In this document: positions 1 to 7,358 of the stretch, piece by piece
How the letters are laid out: every line of letters begins with the position of its first letter
Position numbering within the stretch: the stretch's first letter is position 1
From: Thermoplasmatota archaeon
GTDB lineage: Archaea; Thermoplasmatota; E2; JACPAO01; JAHFTW01
Assembly (NCBI GenBank): GCA_041566495.1
Contig: JBFGSX010000001.1
Span: forward strand, 1-33,241
Length of the DNA stretch: 33,241 bases
Direction: 5' to 3'
Position numbers and translations under genes: made by a program
Notes under the pieces: generated by a model
Databases searched by the model: none
What the model was told of the DNA's origin: nothing
Seen by the model: the letters and a program-made list of their open reading frames with translations, nothing else

Positions 1-40
1 CGGCCGTGGCGACGGCGATGAGCAGGAGGAGCACGCGCAC
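1..40 (-). CDS. partial N-terminus of a secreted or membrane protein (continues beyond the left edge)
   Basis: Reverse strand from GTG at 38-40 reads VRVLLLLIAVATA, a signal-peptide-like hydrophobic start. An A/T-rich box (63-69, GTTAAGT in gene orientation) lies about 26 nt upstream, as for other genes here. Only 13 codons are visible. Confidence 0.3.
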   Translation of the reverse strand, partial: MRVLLLLIAVATA

Positions 41-129
41 ATCGCTTCACTCAGGCCGCCGGACTTAACGGTGGCGGGCTTGCTGCGAGGGTGCGTTGTT
101 TGAAGTAGCGGCCGCCCCGTGGTCATGCA

Positions 130-1038
130 ATGGCCGAATTGGAGACCAGCATCGTGACGGACGTCTTCTTGCCTCTTGCCTTGGCGATCATGATGTTCGG
201 CATGGGGATGTCGACCCCGACCCGTTTGTTCAAGGAAGTTGGCGCGAAGCCCCGTGGCCTGATCCTGGGCTTGATCGGTCAATTGGTGTTGCTGCCGCTC
301 TTGGCCATCTTGGTGGTCGTCGTTTTCCATCCTACGGGCATGCAGCGAGACATCGCCATTGGCTTGCTGCTGTTGGGTGCATTGCCCGGCGGCGCCACGA
401 GCAATGTCTTGACCCATTTGTGCAAGGGTGACTCCGCGTTGTCCATTGTCTTGACCGCCATCACCAGCCTGGCGGCGTTGCTCTGGACCCCGCTGGTGTT
501 GTTGCTCTCCACTCGTTGGCTATACGGCTCCGCCCTCGAAGTCGCCTTGCCGTGGGACAAGGTCGTGGGCCTCGTCTTGGTGGTCATCACCATCCCGGTC
601 CTCCTTGGCATGCTCGTGGGGAAGGCTTGGCCTGCATTCAGTGCCCGCAGCGACCGACCGTTCCGGATCTTCGGCATCGTCATCCTGGCCATTGTCGTGG
701 GCGCCGCCATCTTCGAGAACCGTGTCGGGTTCTGGTCCAAGGCCGCCTTGGCAGTCCCCGCGGCATTGGCCCTGAACCTGGTCGCCATGGGCGCGGGGTA
801 CCTGCTGGGCCGCTTCACGGATGGCGCCCGCCGCCGCAGCATCGTCATCGAAGTGGGCTTCCAGAACGGCACCTTCGGCATCCTGTTGGCCACGACCCAA
901 TTGGAGTCGGCGACAGCTGCGCTGAGCCCTGCATTCTACTCCTTGGTGATGTTCGTCACCGGCGGCTTCCTCGCTTGGAAATGGGCCCGCAAACCCCAGT
1001 CCAGCGACGCGCCTGCACCGACTGCTGAAGCGGCTTAG
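130..1038 (+). CDS. bile acid:Na+ symporter (BASS/SBF) family transporter
   Basis: 302-aa polytopic membrane ORF. The N-terminal LPLALAIMMFGMGMS..F....KPRGLILGLIGQLVLLPLLA and later GALPGGATSNV and GFQNGT segments are typical of the SBF/BASS fold. ATG at 130 lies about 27 nt after the A/T box at 99-107. Confidence 0.85.
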   Translation: MAELETSIVTDVFLPLALAIMMFGMGMSTPTRLFKEVGAKPRGLILGLIGQLVLLPLLAILVVVVFHPTGMQRDIAIGLLLLGALPGGATSNVLTHLCKGDSALSIVLTAITSLAALLWTPLVLLLSTRWLYGSALEVALPWDKVVGLVLVVITIPVLLGMLVGKAWPAFSARSDRPFRIFGIVILAIVVGAAIFENRVGFWSKAALAVPAALALNLVAMGAGYLLGRFTDGARRRSIVIEVGFQNGTFGILLATTQLESATAALSPAFYSLVMFVTGGFLAWKWARKPQSSDAPAPTAEAA

Positions 1039-1742
1039 GCCGGCTCGGCCGTCGCGTCGGCGATTGCATCGTATGGCTCGCCATCGAGGGTCTCACCGTC
1101 AAAGAACGCCATGAGGCCCCGATGCAGGTCGTGCAAGGCAATGAAGTAGAGCACCGAGACGAGCAGGGCACCCCAGGCGACGCCTGGGATGAACACGAAC
1201 GGCAAGTACGCCAAGACCAAGGTCGGCAATGCGATGGGCGATGCGATGACGGGGCGGAATCTGGCGATCTCCAGGAACAGGAACACCGCGGTGACCGTGG
1301 CGTAGGCCACAATCAAGATCTCGGTGGCGTTGGTCTGCCACCCCAGACCCCCGGATTCCGGCGGATAGAGCACGCGGAAGGGTGGCTCCATGGCTTCGCC
1401 ATCTTGTTGGTATGACGTCAAAGGGCCATCATAGGACCCGAAGCCGGGCAACCCCACCCACAGCAGCGCAACGACGGTGAGCGCCGCGAGGACCACCATG
1501 GTCCAGTAGGTCTTGCGGAAGAACGGAGCCCCCCGCCGGCGGTCGGCGGCCTCGAACATGCGGTAGAGGTAGTAGAACCAGAAGATGCCCAGCGTCAGGG
1601 CACTGAGCAAGAGGACGAGCAGGAATGAACGGAACCCTGGGTGTGCATCAGCCTCTCCGGACACACGCCCAGATGCCCCGGGCACTTCTTGGTCATGCCG
1701 GGCAAAGAAGGCAAAACTTGTGCAACGCCCCCTCCCCATCAC
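1035..1742 (-). CDS. hypothetical multi-pass membrane protein
   Basis: Long ORF with about 5 hydrophobic segments (FLLVLLLSALTLGIFWFYYLY, WTMVVLAALTVVALLWV, ILIVAYATVTAVFLFL, LPTLVLAYLPFVFIPGVAWGALLVSVLYFIAL). No family recognised. The true start is probably an internal GTG, because the first about 25 codons are not hydrophobic and overlap the FKBP promoter. Confidence 0.55.
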   Translation of the reverse strand: MMGRGRCTSFAFFARHDQEVPGASGRVSGEADAHPGFRSFLLVLLLSALTLGIFWFYYLYRMFEAADRRRGAPFFRKTYWTMVVLAALTVVALLWVGLPGFGSYDGPLTSYQQDGEAMEPPFRVLYPPESGGLGWQTNATEILIVAYATVTAVFLFLEIARFRPVIASPIALPTLVLAYLPFVFIPGVAWGALLVSVLYFIALHDLHRGLMAFFDGETLDGEPYDAIADATAEPA

Positions 1743-1772
1743 CTAAGTACGAGCCCGGGTGTGAACAGCTCA

Positions 1773-2192
1773 ATGGCCATCCAAGAAGGTGACACCGTCG
1801 CCGTCCATTACACCGGCAAGCTCCCCGACGGGCAGGTATTCGATACCTCCGAAGGCCGTGAACCCCTGGAGTTCACGGTCGGCGGCGGCCAGCTGATCGC
1901 TGGCTTCGACAAGGCCGTCCGCGGCAAGGAAGTGGGCGACAAGACCACCGTCGAGATCCCCCCGGAAGAGGGCTACGGTCAGGCTGACCCCGAGCGCGTC
2001 CAGACCATCCCCCGCGAGATGCTCGACGCTGACGGCCTCGAAGAGGGCCAGGTCCTTGGCCTGCAGACCCCCGACGGCCAAGCCCTCCAGGCTACCGTCC
2101 AGACCGTCACGGAAGAGACCGTCACGCTCGACTTCAACCACTTCCTGGCTGGCAAGACGCTGACCTTCGACATCGAAGTCGTCCGCGCTTGA
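1773..2192 (+). CDS. FKBP-type peptidyl-prolyl cis-trans isomerase (SlyD-like, with insert-in-flap region)
   Basis: GDTVAVHYTGKLPDGQVFDTS....PLEFTVGGGQLIAGFDKAVRGK...IPPEEGYG and C-terminal LDFNHFLAGKTLTFDIEVV are canonical FKBP/SlyD motifs. ATG at 1773 chosen over the track start at 1641. The CTAAGTA box at 1743-1749 lies about 27 nt upstream. Confidence 0.9.
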   Translation: MAIQEGDTVAVHYTGKLPDGQVFDTSEGREPLEFTVGGGQLIAGFDKAVRGKEVGDKTTVEIPPEEGYGQADPERVQTIPREMLDADGLEEGQVLGLQTPDGQALQATVQTVTEETVTLDFNHFLAGKTLTFDIEVVRA

Positions 2193-2231
2193 AGCCTGGA
2201 AACGTCTAACTCCCCCCGTGCCGATGCAGGC

Positions 2232-3026
2232 ATGATGCGAGCCTCTTCCCTTCTTCTGATCCTTGCCTTGGTCTTGGCTGGTTGCGCAAGCGCACCCCCT
2301 GAACCAGAACCCACGGCCCCCACCCAGGACGTCGACACTGGACCCGACACGGGCGCTATCAGTGGCGTCGTGGTGGACGCCGCGATCACCCCCATCAGTG
2401 GTGCCACGATCACCTTGAAATCGCTGGGCTTGAACCTGACCAGCGCCGCAGACGGGACGTTCGTCATCCAGGACCTGGACCCCGGCGTCTACTTCCTCGA
2501 AGCCTCTGCAGACCAGTTCCTGGCGATCCAGCAGACGGTGACCGTCGAGGCCGGCGCCGTGGCCAAGCCCATCATCACCCTCATCCCGGACCCGTCCCCG
2601 GTGCCCTACCAAGCCACCGTCACGTTCGACGGCCACATGGTCTTCAGCGATATTTACGCGGTCTGGTACGTGACATACTACACGGGCAATTCCACGCTTT
2701 GCCAGTGCATCTTCACGTTCGATGTGGAGTCCGGCTACCAGAACCTCGTCTTGGAAGGAGACTGGACACCCAGCATCGACGTGACGGGAGACCATGAGCT
2801 GTACTGGGAGATCTGGGGCGGGGAAGCTGAAGAAGGCTACGCGGCCACTTACCTAGCCCCTCAGGAATCGACGCGACAGACCGGCGCGGCGTTCGGTGAA
2901 AGCGACGGCGAGATCTGGGTGCAAGTGTCGTCCGGGGCGGTCCCGGACATCGAACAACCGTTCGAAGGGTTCCTGTCGTTCTTCTACGTCGACGCGGCTC
3001 CCGATGGCTGGACCTTCTTTGCGTGA
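2232..3026 (+). CDS. lipoprotein with carboxypeptidase-regulatory-like (CarboxypepD_reg) beta-sandwich domain plus unassigned C-terminal domain
   Basis: Signal peptide with lipobox LILALVLAGC. The segment ISGVVVDAAITPISGATITLKSLGLNLTSAADGTFVIQDLDPGVYFLEASADQF..QTVTVEAG matches the CarboxypepD_reg pattern. Paralog of the next gene. Confidence 0.8.
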   Translation: MMRASSLLLILALVLAGCASAPPEPEPTAPTQDVDTGPDTGAISGVVVDAAITPISGATITLKSLGLNLTSAADGTFVIQDLDPGVYFLEASADQFLAIQQTVTVEAGAVAKPIITLIPDPSPVPYQATVTFDGHMVFSDIYAVWYVTYYTGNSTLCQCIFTFDVESGYQNLVLEGDWTPSIDVTGDHELYWEIWGGEAEEGYAATYLAPQESTRQTGAAFGESDGEIWVQVSSGAVPDIEQPFEGFLSFFYVDAAPDGWTFFA

Positions 3027-3077
3027 CGCCGACACATCGACCGTCCCGCCAGCAAGTTCAAATCCAAGGGTGAGGGG

Positions 3078-3878
3078 ATGAAGGCCGTGTCCCTGCGCAT
3101 CTGGGCATTGGCCGCCATCGTCCTGTTGGCCGGTTGCACCAGCGAGGAACCTGCACCGCCGGAGCCAGAGGACAACTCGACGCTGGGACGGGTCTCCGGA
3201 GCGACCGTGACCCCAGACATCCGACCTGTGGGGGGCGTGGTCGTGACCATGAACCCAGGCAACTTTGAGACCCAGAGCAGCTTGTTCGGCGGCTTCAGTT
3301 TCAACAACATACCTCCGGGCACGTACGAGATCACCGCCACCCACGCCGAATACGACCCGGCCAGTGCCATCGTCGTCGTCGTCGCTGGGGAGACCGCCAA
3401 GCCTCGCCTTGTGATGCTACGGGACGTGCCTCCTGTGCCCCAGAACGTCACGGACACGTTCCCCGGCTTCATCCCGTTGTCGTTGGGCCCTGCGGACGAC
3501 GCAAGCAAGGACGGCCAGCACCAGGCGGGTATGGGCAATTGCACATGCGTCTTCGACGTGGCCACACGGGAGCTCATGCAGACCATGGTCATCGAAGCGG
3601 TGTGGTCCGACAGCGTGGAACCGGCCCAACCTACCCGGTTCCGCTGGACCCTCACCATCGATGACAACCGCACTCTCAGCGGTGCTGGTTCGAGCCCCTT
3701 GCTGGTCCACGTGCAGGACGCCGACGTTGGGGGCTGGGCGAACGCCACCGACCTCCAAGTGAGTCTCGTCCCAGACGAGGTATGGCCGGCGTTCGAGCAG
3801 CGCTTCACCCTCTTCGTCACGGTCTTCCAGGTGACCCCGGCGCCACCGGGTTGGTCGCTGGCGAGCGGCGAGGCATAG
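3078..3878 (+). CDS. lipoprotein with carboxypeptidase-regulatory-like domain (tandem paralog of 2232-3026)
   Basis: Lipobox AAIVLLAGC. VSGATVTPDIRPVGGVVVTMNPGNFETQSSLFGGFSFNNIPPGTYEITATHAEY matches CarboxypepD_reg. It shares the C-x-C-[IV]-F core and the AP.GW C-terminal motif with the upstream gene. GGTGAGGGG sits directly before the ATG as an SD. Confidence 0.8.
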   Translation: MKAVSLRIWALAAIVLLAGCTSEEPAPPEPEDNSTLGRVSGATVTPDIRPVGGVVVTMNPGNFETQSSLFGGFSFNNIPPGTYEITATHAEYDPASAIVVVVAGETAKPRLVMLRDVPPVPQNVTDTFPGFIPLSLGPADDASKDGQHQAGMGNCTCVFDVATRELMQTMVIEAVWSDSVEPAQPTRFRWTLTIDDNRTLSGAGSSPLLVHVQDADVGGWANATDLQVSLVPDEVWPAFEQRFTLFVTVFQVTPAPPGWSLASGEA

Positions 3879-3913
3879 GCGGACCTTTTGAGTCGGCCTC
3901 CCCTGGGCCGCTT

Positions 3914-4699
3914 GTGAAACTGGTCGCGTTCGATCTGGAGACCACGGGGACCGACCCTGACAAGGACAAGATCCTCGAATTCTGCTTCATCGAACTCGAT
4001 GAGGGACTGAACGAGCAGGCCCGCTGGTCGCGTCTGGTCAACCCCGGCATCAAGATCCCTGCCGACAACACCGAGATCCACGGCATCACGGATGAGATGG
4101 TGGCCGACAAGCCCGCCTTCTCCCATTACGCCGTGCGCATCCAGAAGCTCGTCGAAGGGACCGTGCTGATCGCCCACAACCACCGCTTCGATGTGCAGTT
4201 CTTGCACAACGAATTGATCGCCGCTGGCCAGACCGGACTCGCCCCCGACCATCCCTGCATCGACACCCTGCAGATCGAGCGCAACGTCAACTCCCATCGC
4301 CTCGAGGCGTGCTACCGCCGCTACGTCGGCGCACCACTTGACGACGCCCACCGCAGCGAGGCCGACACAGCCGCGATGGTGGACGTCCTGCGCCGCCAAT
4401 TGGAGACCCATGCCGACGTCTTGCCTGAGAAGGTCGACGGCCTGATCGTCGGCAACCTCCACCAGCACTTCAATCCGGATGCGGACGTCCGCAGCTGGCT
4501 CGACCACGGCCACCGCTTCTACAAGGACCGGGACGGCACGGTCCGCTTCGGTTTTGGCAAGCACCGCGACCAGCCCGCCAAGGACCACACGGACTACTTG
4601 CTGTGGATGCGCGACCGCGACTTCCCCGACGACACCAAGCGCGTGGTGCAGGAAGTCCTGGGCCCGTCCTACCAATCCCCCCAACGCACCCTCGGGTGA
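3914..4699 (+). CDS. DEDDh-type 3'-5' exonuclease (DnaQ/epsilon-like) with C-terminal extension
   Basis: ExoI VAFDLETTG, ExoII IAHNHRFDVQFL and ExoIII DAHRSEADTAAMVDVL are present. GTG at 3914 is preferred because the family starts just before the DxE motif and the longer ORF (3782) overlaps the lipoprotein gene. Confidence 0.8.
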   Translation: MKLVAFDLETTGTDPDKDKILEFCFIELDEGLNEQARWSRLVNPGIKIPADNTEIHGITDEMVADKPAFSHYAVRIQKLVEGTVLIAHNHRFDVQFLHNELIAAGQTGLAPDHPCIDTLQIERNVNSHRLEACYRRYVGAPLDDAHRSEADTAAMVDVLRRQLETHADVLPEKVDGLIVGNLHQHFNPDADVRSWLDHGHRFYKDRDGTVRFGFGKHRDQPAKDHTDYLLWMRDRDFPDDTKRVVQEVLGPSYQSPQRTLG

Positions 4700-4703
4700 G
4701 ACG

Positions 4704-5276
4704 TTGAAGATCCTCTGCGTGGGCAAGAACTACGCCAAGCACGCCGCGGAGATGGGCAGCAGCACGCCGACGTCCCCGATCTGGTTCTGGAAACCTGACT
4801 CGGCCATCGTCGGAGATGGCGAAGCCGTGCACCTGCCGGAGGGCATCGGCGCCGTCCATCATGAAGTGGAACTGGCCGTACGCATCGACCACCGTGGCCG
4901 CCCCGCCGAGATGACCGTGGCCGTGGACATCACTGCCCGCGACCTGCAAGCGGAGGCCAAGAAGAACGGGCACCCCTGGGCCATGGCCAAGGGATTCCAT
5001 TCCTTCTTGCCCCTCGGCCCATGGGTCCCCGCCAAGGACCTCGACGACCAACGCTTGCGCCTCAGCCTTGATGGCGAAGTCAAACAAGATGGGCACACGC
5101 GTGGGATGTCATGGGACGTCCCCACGTTGCTGGACCACGCCTCGAAATGGGTGACCCTTCGCGAGGGGGACGTGCTGTTGACGGGCACCCCCGAGGGCGT
5201 CGGCCCCATGCTGGCGGGCCAGACCATGGTCGCGGAGCTCGTGGGGCACGTCCGCTTGACCAACCCCATCGTCTAG
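4704..5276 (+). CDS. fumarylacetoacetate hydrolase (FAH) family protein
   Basis: (M/L)KILCVGKNYAKHAAEMG....PIWFWKP..A......V.LP......HHEVELAV and GDVLLTGTPEGVGP are hallmark FAH-fold motifs. TTG at 4704 lies 5 nt after the exonuclease stop. The upstream part of track ORF 4479 is out-of-frame overlap with that gene. Confidence 0.85.
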   Translation: MKILCVGKNYAKHAAEMGSSTPTSPIWFWKPDSAIVGDGEAVHLPEGIGAVHHEVELAVRIDHRGRPAEMTVAVDITARDLQAEAKKNGHPWAMAKGFHSFLPLGPWVPAKDLDDQRLRLSLDGEVKQDGHTRGMSWDVPTLLDHASKWVTLREGDVLLTGTPEGVGPMLAGQTMVAELVGHVRLTNPIV

Positions 5277-7303
5277 GCGATGCCCAGCCCTTGGGTGGCT
5301 TGTTGGCCTCCCGGGGTGAGCCGCATACGGACCGAGCGTCCATCCCGTTGTGCAGCGACCAAGCCCGCGTCCTGCAAGCGCTTGAGGTGGTAGGTGGCCG
5401 TGGCAGCAGACAGACCTGCGGCACTTGCCAGGTCCTTGGAGCGAGCACCGGGGGTTTGCCGGAGGGCCGCGAGGATATGCCGGGCACCCTCGGAGCGCAG
5501 CAAAGGCCCCGCGTCGAGGACCGCCCGACACGTGGCGGCGGGGAAGTAGCACGTGTAGCCGGGGCTTTGGCGGGCCCTGATGAGCCCTGCTTGCTGGAGC
5601 TTGTGCAGGTGGTGCCGGATGCGCCCCGGGTTGGCGCCAAGGCGTTCACACAGGGCGCGGAAGTGGAGGCCCGGATCGGCTTCGAGGGCATCCATGATGG
5701 TGGCCCGGGTCGGGTCTTCTAGGAGCTCGTCAGGGCGGAGGCGACTGAACAACGCTAGGCCGGCAGCTTTGAGCGTGGGCCAACCAAGGTAGGCGAGGCC
5801 CAGCAAGGACGCGGCGATGCCCATGCGGGCACCATGGCCTGTGCTTGGCAGGGCCCAGCCCGTGGCGGCATAGCCCGCGACCGTGAGGGGTTCAGCCGCG
5901 GCGGGGGCCGGCATGCTCTGTACAGGTCCGGTGGAGCGCCGTTCGAAGCGTTGGGTCTCTCCTTGACCGTCCAGGGTGATGAGGGTGGCCTCTTCGCCAT
6001 GTGCCAGATCCACGACGGGCAAGCCCGCAGGCCCCCAGCGCAGGTTCTGGGTATGACCCCCGGCGACGCGCACGACGGGGTCTCCGTTCCGGTCGGTGAG
6101 GATCTCGAAGCTCCAGGCATTGGCGCCGGCGTGGCGTTCCTGCGCCGTGACGTGTTGGCCCCAGCGTTCCCATACGGAGGCGACCGTGGGCACGTGGCCC
6201 ACGAGGTGCCTGGGGGGCGCCGCGGGGGCGAGACTGGACGTCTCGATGGGTTGCACGCGGACACCACTCAAGGGCAGGACCTCCCCTTCGTTCTGACTGA
6301 TGCGGACGCTGTATCCTTCTCGCCCATCACTAAGGTGGAGCTCCCAGGAGTGCCTGGTCTCGGAGCCATCGGCTTGCTGCTGGTAGTCGGCGCGGAAGAC
6401 GTACCCCTGGGGGTGGTAGCGGAGCCAGTCCCGCAGTCCTGCGAACGTGTTGTGGCGCACTGCTTCGTCGAACGCTTGGCTGAGCCGGAACGGGTGGTCG
6501 ATGCCCGTGTCTAGCAGACCCCATGTCTCCATCGGGGCCCTGTGGATGGGTGGCGCCACGATGGCGCTGGGTTGGGGTGCTTGGCCTGCTTGGCCATGCT
6601 GGAAGCCGGTGAGGTGGTAGGTGGCCGTGCGGGGTTCCTGAGCGGGGCCCAGGGCGGTGAACTTGTACGTGACGGGGACCGGGATATCGGCGGCGTACCA
6701 CCAATCCATGGTGATGCTGCCCGGCGCGTGGATGTGCTTCAGTCGTAGCCCTTGCTCCACGACCTGCGAGGCCACCAGGGGCCCCGGGGGTAGGCTCACG
6801 CGCATGCCGGGCAGGGTGCACCCGGGCGTGGTGTGAGACGAGCCCGGGCCAGAGAGCAGGCAGTCGCGGTGGGCATCGTATGTGACAGACCGGTGCATCT
6901 CGGCCAGCACGCCTCGGACCTGGTGCTTGACCTGCTCCGTGGCGACGACGTCACCCTCAAGCCACCAGCGGCGCAGTTCTGAGTCGTACCATGTGTCCCC
7001 GGGGTGCAGGGTCGTGCCTTCAGAGTGCCATAGCACCGGATGGGCTTGGATGAGGCGTCCGTCGGAGCCACGGACACCTTCAGGGGGCAGCACCTGGAAC
7101 CGGGGGCCTTGGCTTGGCTCGCCCTCGGTGTGATGCTCGTAGCGCCAGTCCCCTTCGTACGTGACACTGTACGCCGCCACGTCTCCGCCCTGTAGTGCCC
7201 GGGTCTGCACCGACACCTCTTCGATGGGTACGGCCAGGCTGGTGCCGACCAGCAGGATCATCGCGCCCACGGAGACCAGCAGTGCATGCACGACTCGCCG
7301 CAT
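5273..7303 (-). CDS. paralog 1: single-pass membrane protein with large extracytoplasmic domain and C-terminal cytoplasmic tandem winged-helix (ArsR-like) module
   Basis: N-terminal hydrophobic signal/anchor (ALLVSVGAMILLVGTSLA), then about 460 aa non-hydrophobic. TM is MGIAASLLGLAYLGWPTLKAAGLALF (about 5738-5833). The tail (5276-5737) has two wHTH units: DPTRATIMDALEADPGLHFRALCERLGANPGRIRHHLHKLQQAGLI and ARHILAALRQTPGARSKDLASAAGLSAATATYHLKRLQDAGLV. Confidence 0.85.
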   Translation of the reverse strand: MRRVVHALLVSVGAMILLVGTSLAVPIEEVSVQTRALQGGDVAAYSVTYEGDWRYEHHTEGEPSQGPRFQVLPPEGVRGSDGRLIQAHPVLWHSEGTTLHPGDTWYDSELRRWWLEGDVVATEQVKHQVRGVLAEMHRSVTYDAHRDCLLSGPGSSHTTPGCTLPGMRVSLPPGPLVASQVVEQGLRLKHIHAPGSITMDWWYAADIPVPVTYKFTALGPAQEPRTATYHLTGFQHGQAGQAPQPSAIVAPPIHRAPMETWGLLDTGIDHPFRLSQAFDEAVRHNTFAGLRDWLRYHPQGYVFRADYQQQADGSETRHSWELHLSDGREGYSVRISQNEGEVLPLSGVRVQPIETSSLAPAAPPRHLVGHVPTVASVWERWGQHVTAQERHAGANAWSFEILTDRNGDPVVRVAGGHTQNLRWGPAGLPVVDLAHGEEATLITLDGQGETQRFERRSTGPVQSMPAPAAAEPLTVAGYAATGWALPSTGHGARMGIAASLLGLAYLGWPTLKAAGLALFSRLRPDELLEDPTRATIMDALEADPGLHFRALCERLGANPGRIRHHLHKLQQAGLIRARQSPGYTCYFPAATCRAVLDAGPLLRSEGARHILAALRQTPGARSKDLASAAGLSAATATYHLKRLQDAGLVAAQRDGRSVRMRLTPGGQQATQGLGIA

Positions 7304-7321
7304 CAGTGGTTCAGCCGACTC

Positions 7322-7357
7322 AGCGCTATTTAGCAGCGCTAGCCAAGTCGTCGAAAC
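7322..7357 (-). promoter_or_regulatory. promoter of paralog 1: TATA box CTAAATAG (7326-7333) flanked by two AGCGCT palindromes, plus upstream TTCGA box (7351-7355)
   Basis: Only A/T-rich octamer in the 55-bp gap. The C of CTA lies 30 nt upstream of the ATG (7303). TTCGA starts exactly 22 nt upstream of CTA, the same offset as in paralogs 2 and 3. AGCGCT at 7322-7327 and 7335-7340 brackets the TATA box. Confidence 0.5.
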
Positions 7358-7358
7358 C

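Noticed and set aside
3782-3913. Long N-terminal extension of the exonuclease ORF (track start 3782), and the 4479 start for the FAH gene
   Set aside because: Both extensions overlap the preceding gene in another frame and encode Pro/Gly/Arg/Thr-rich filler. The protein families begin right at the chosen internal GTG/TTG starts.
2984-4726. 580-aa minus-strand ORF spanning the second lipoprotein and exonuclease genes
   Set aside because: It is antisense to two plus-strand ORFs with clear family motifs. Its translation is low-complexity (Ala/Gly/Val/Arg-rich) with no motifs. This is typical stop-codon-poor shadow frame in GC-rich DNA.
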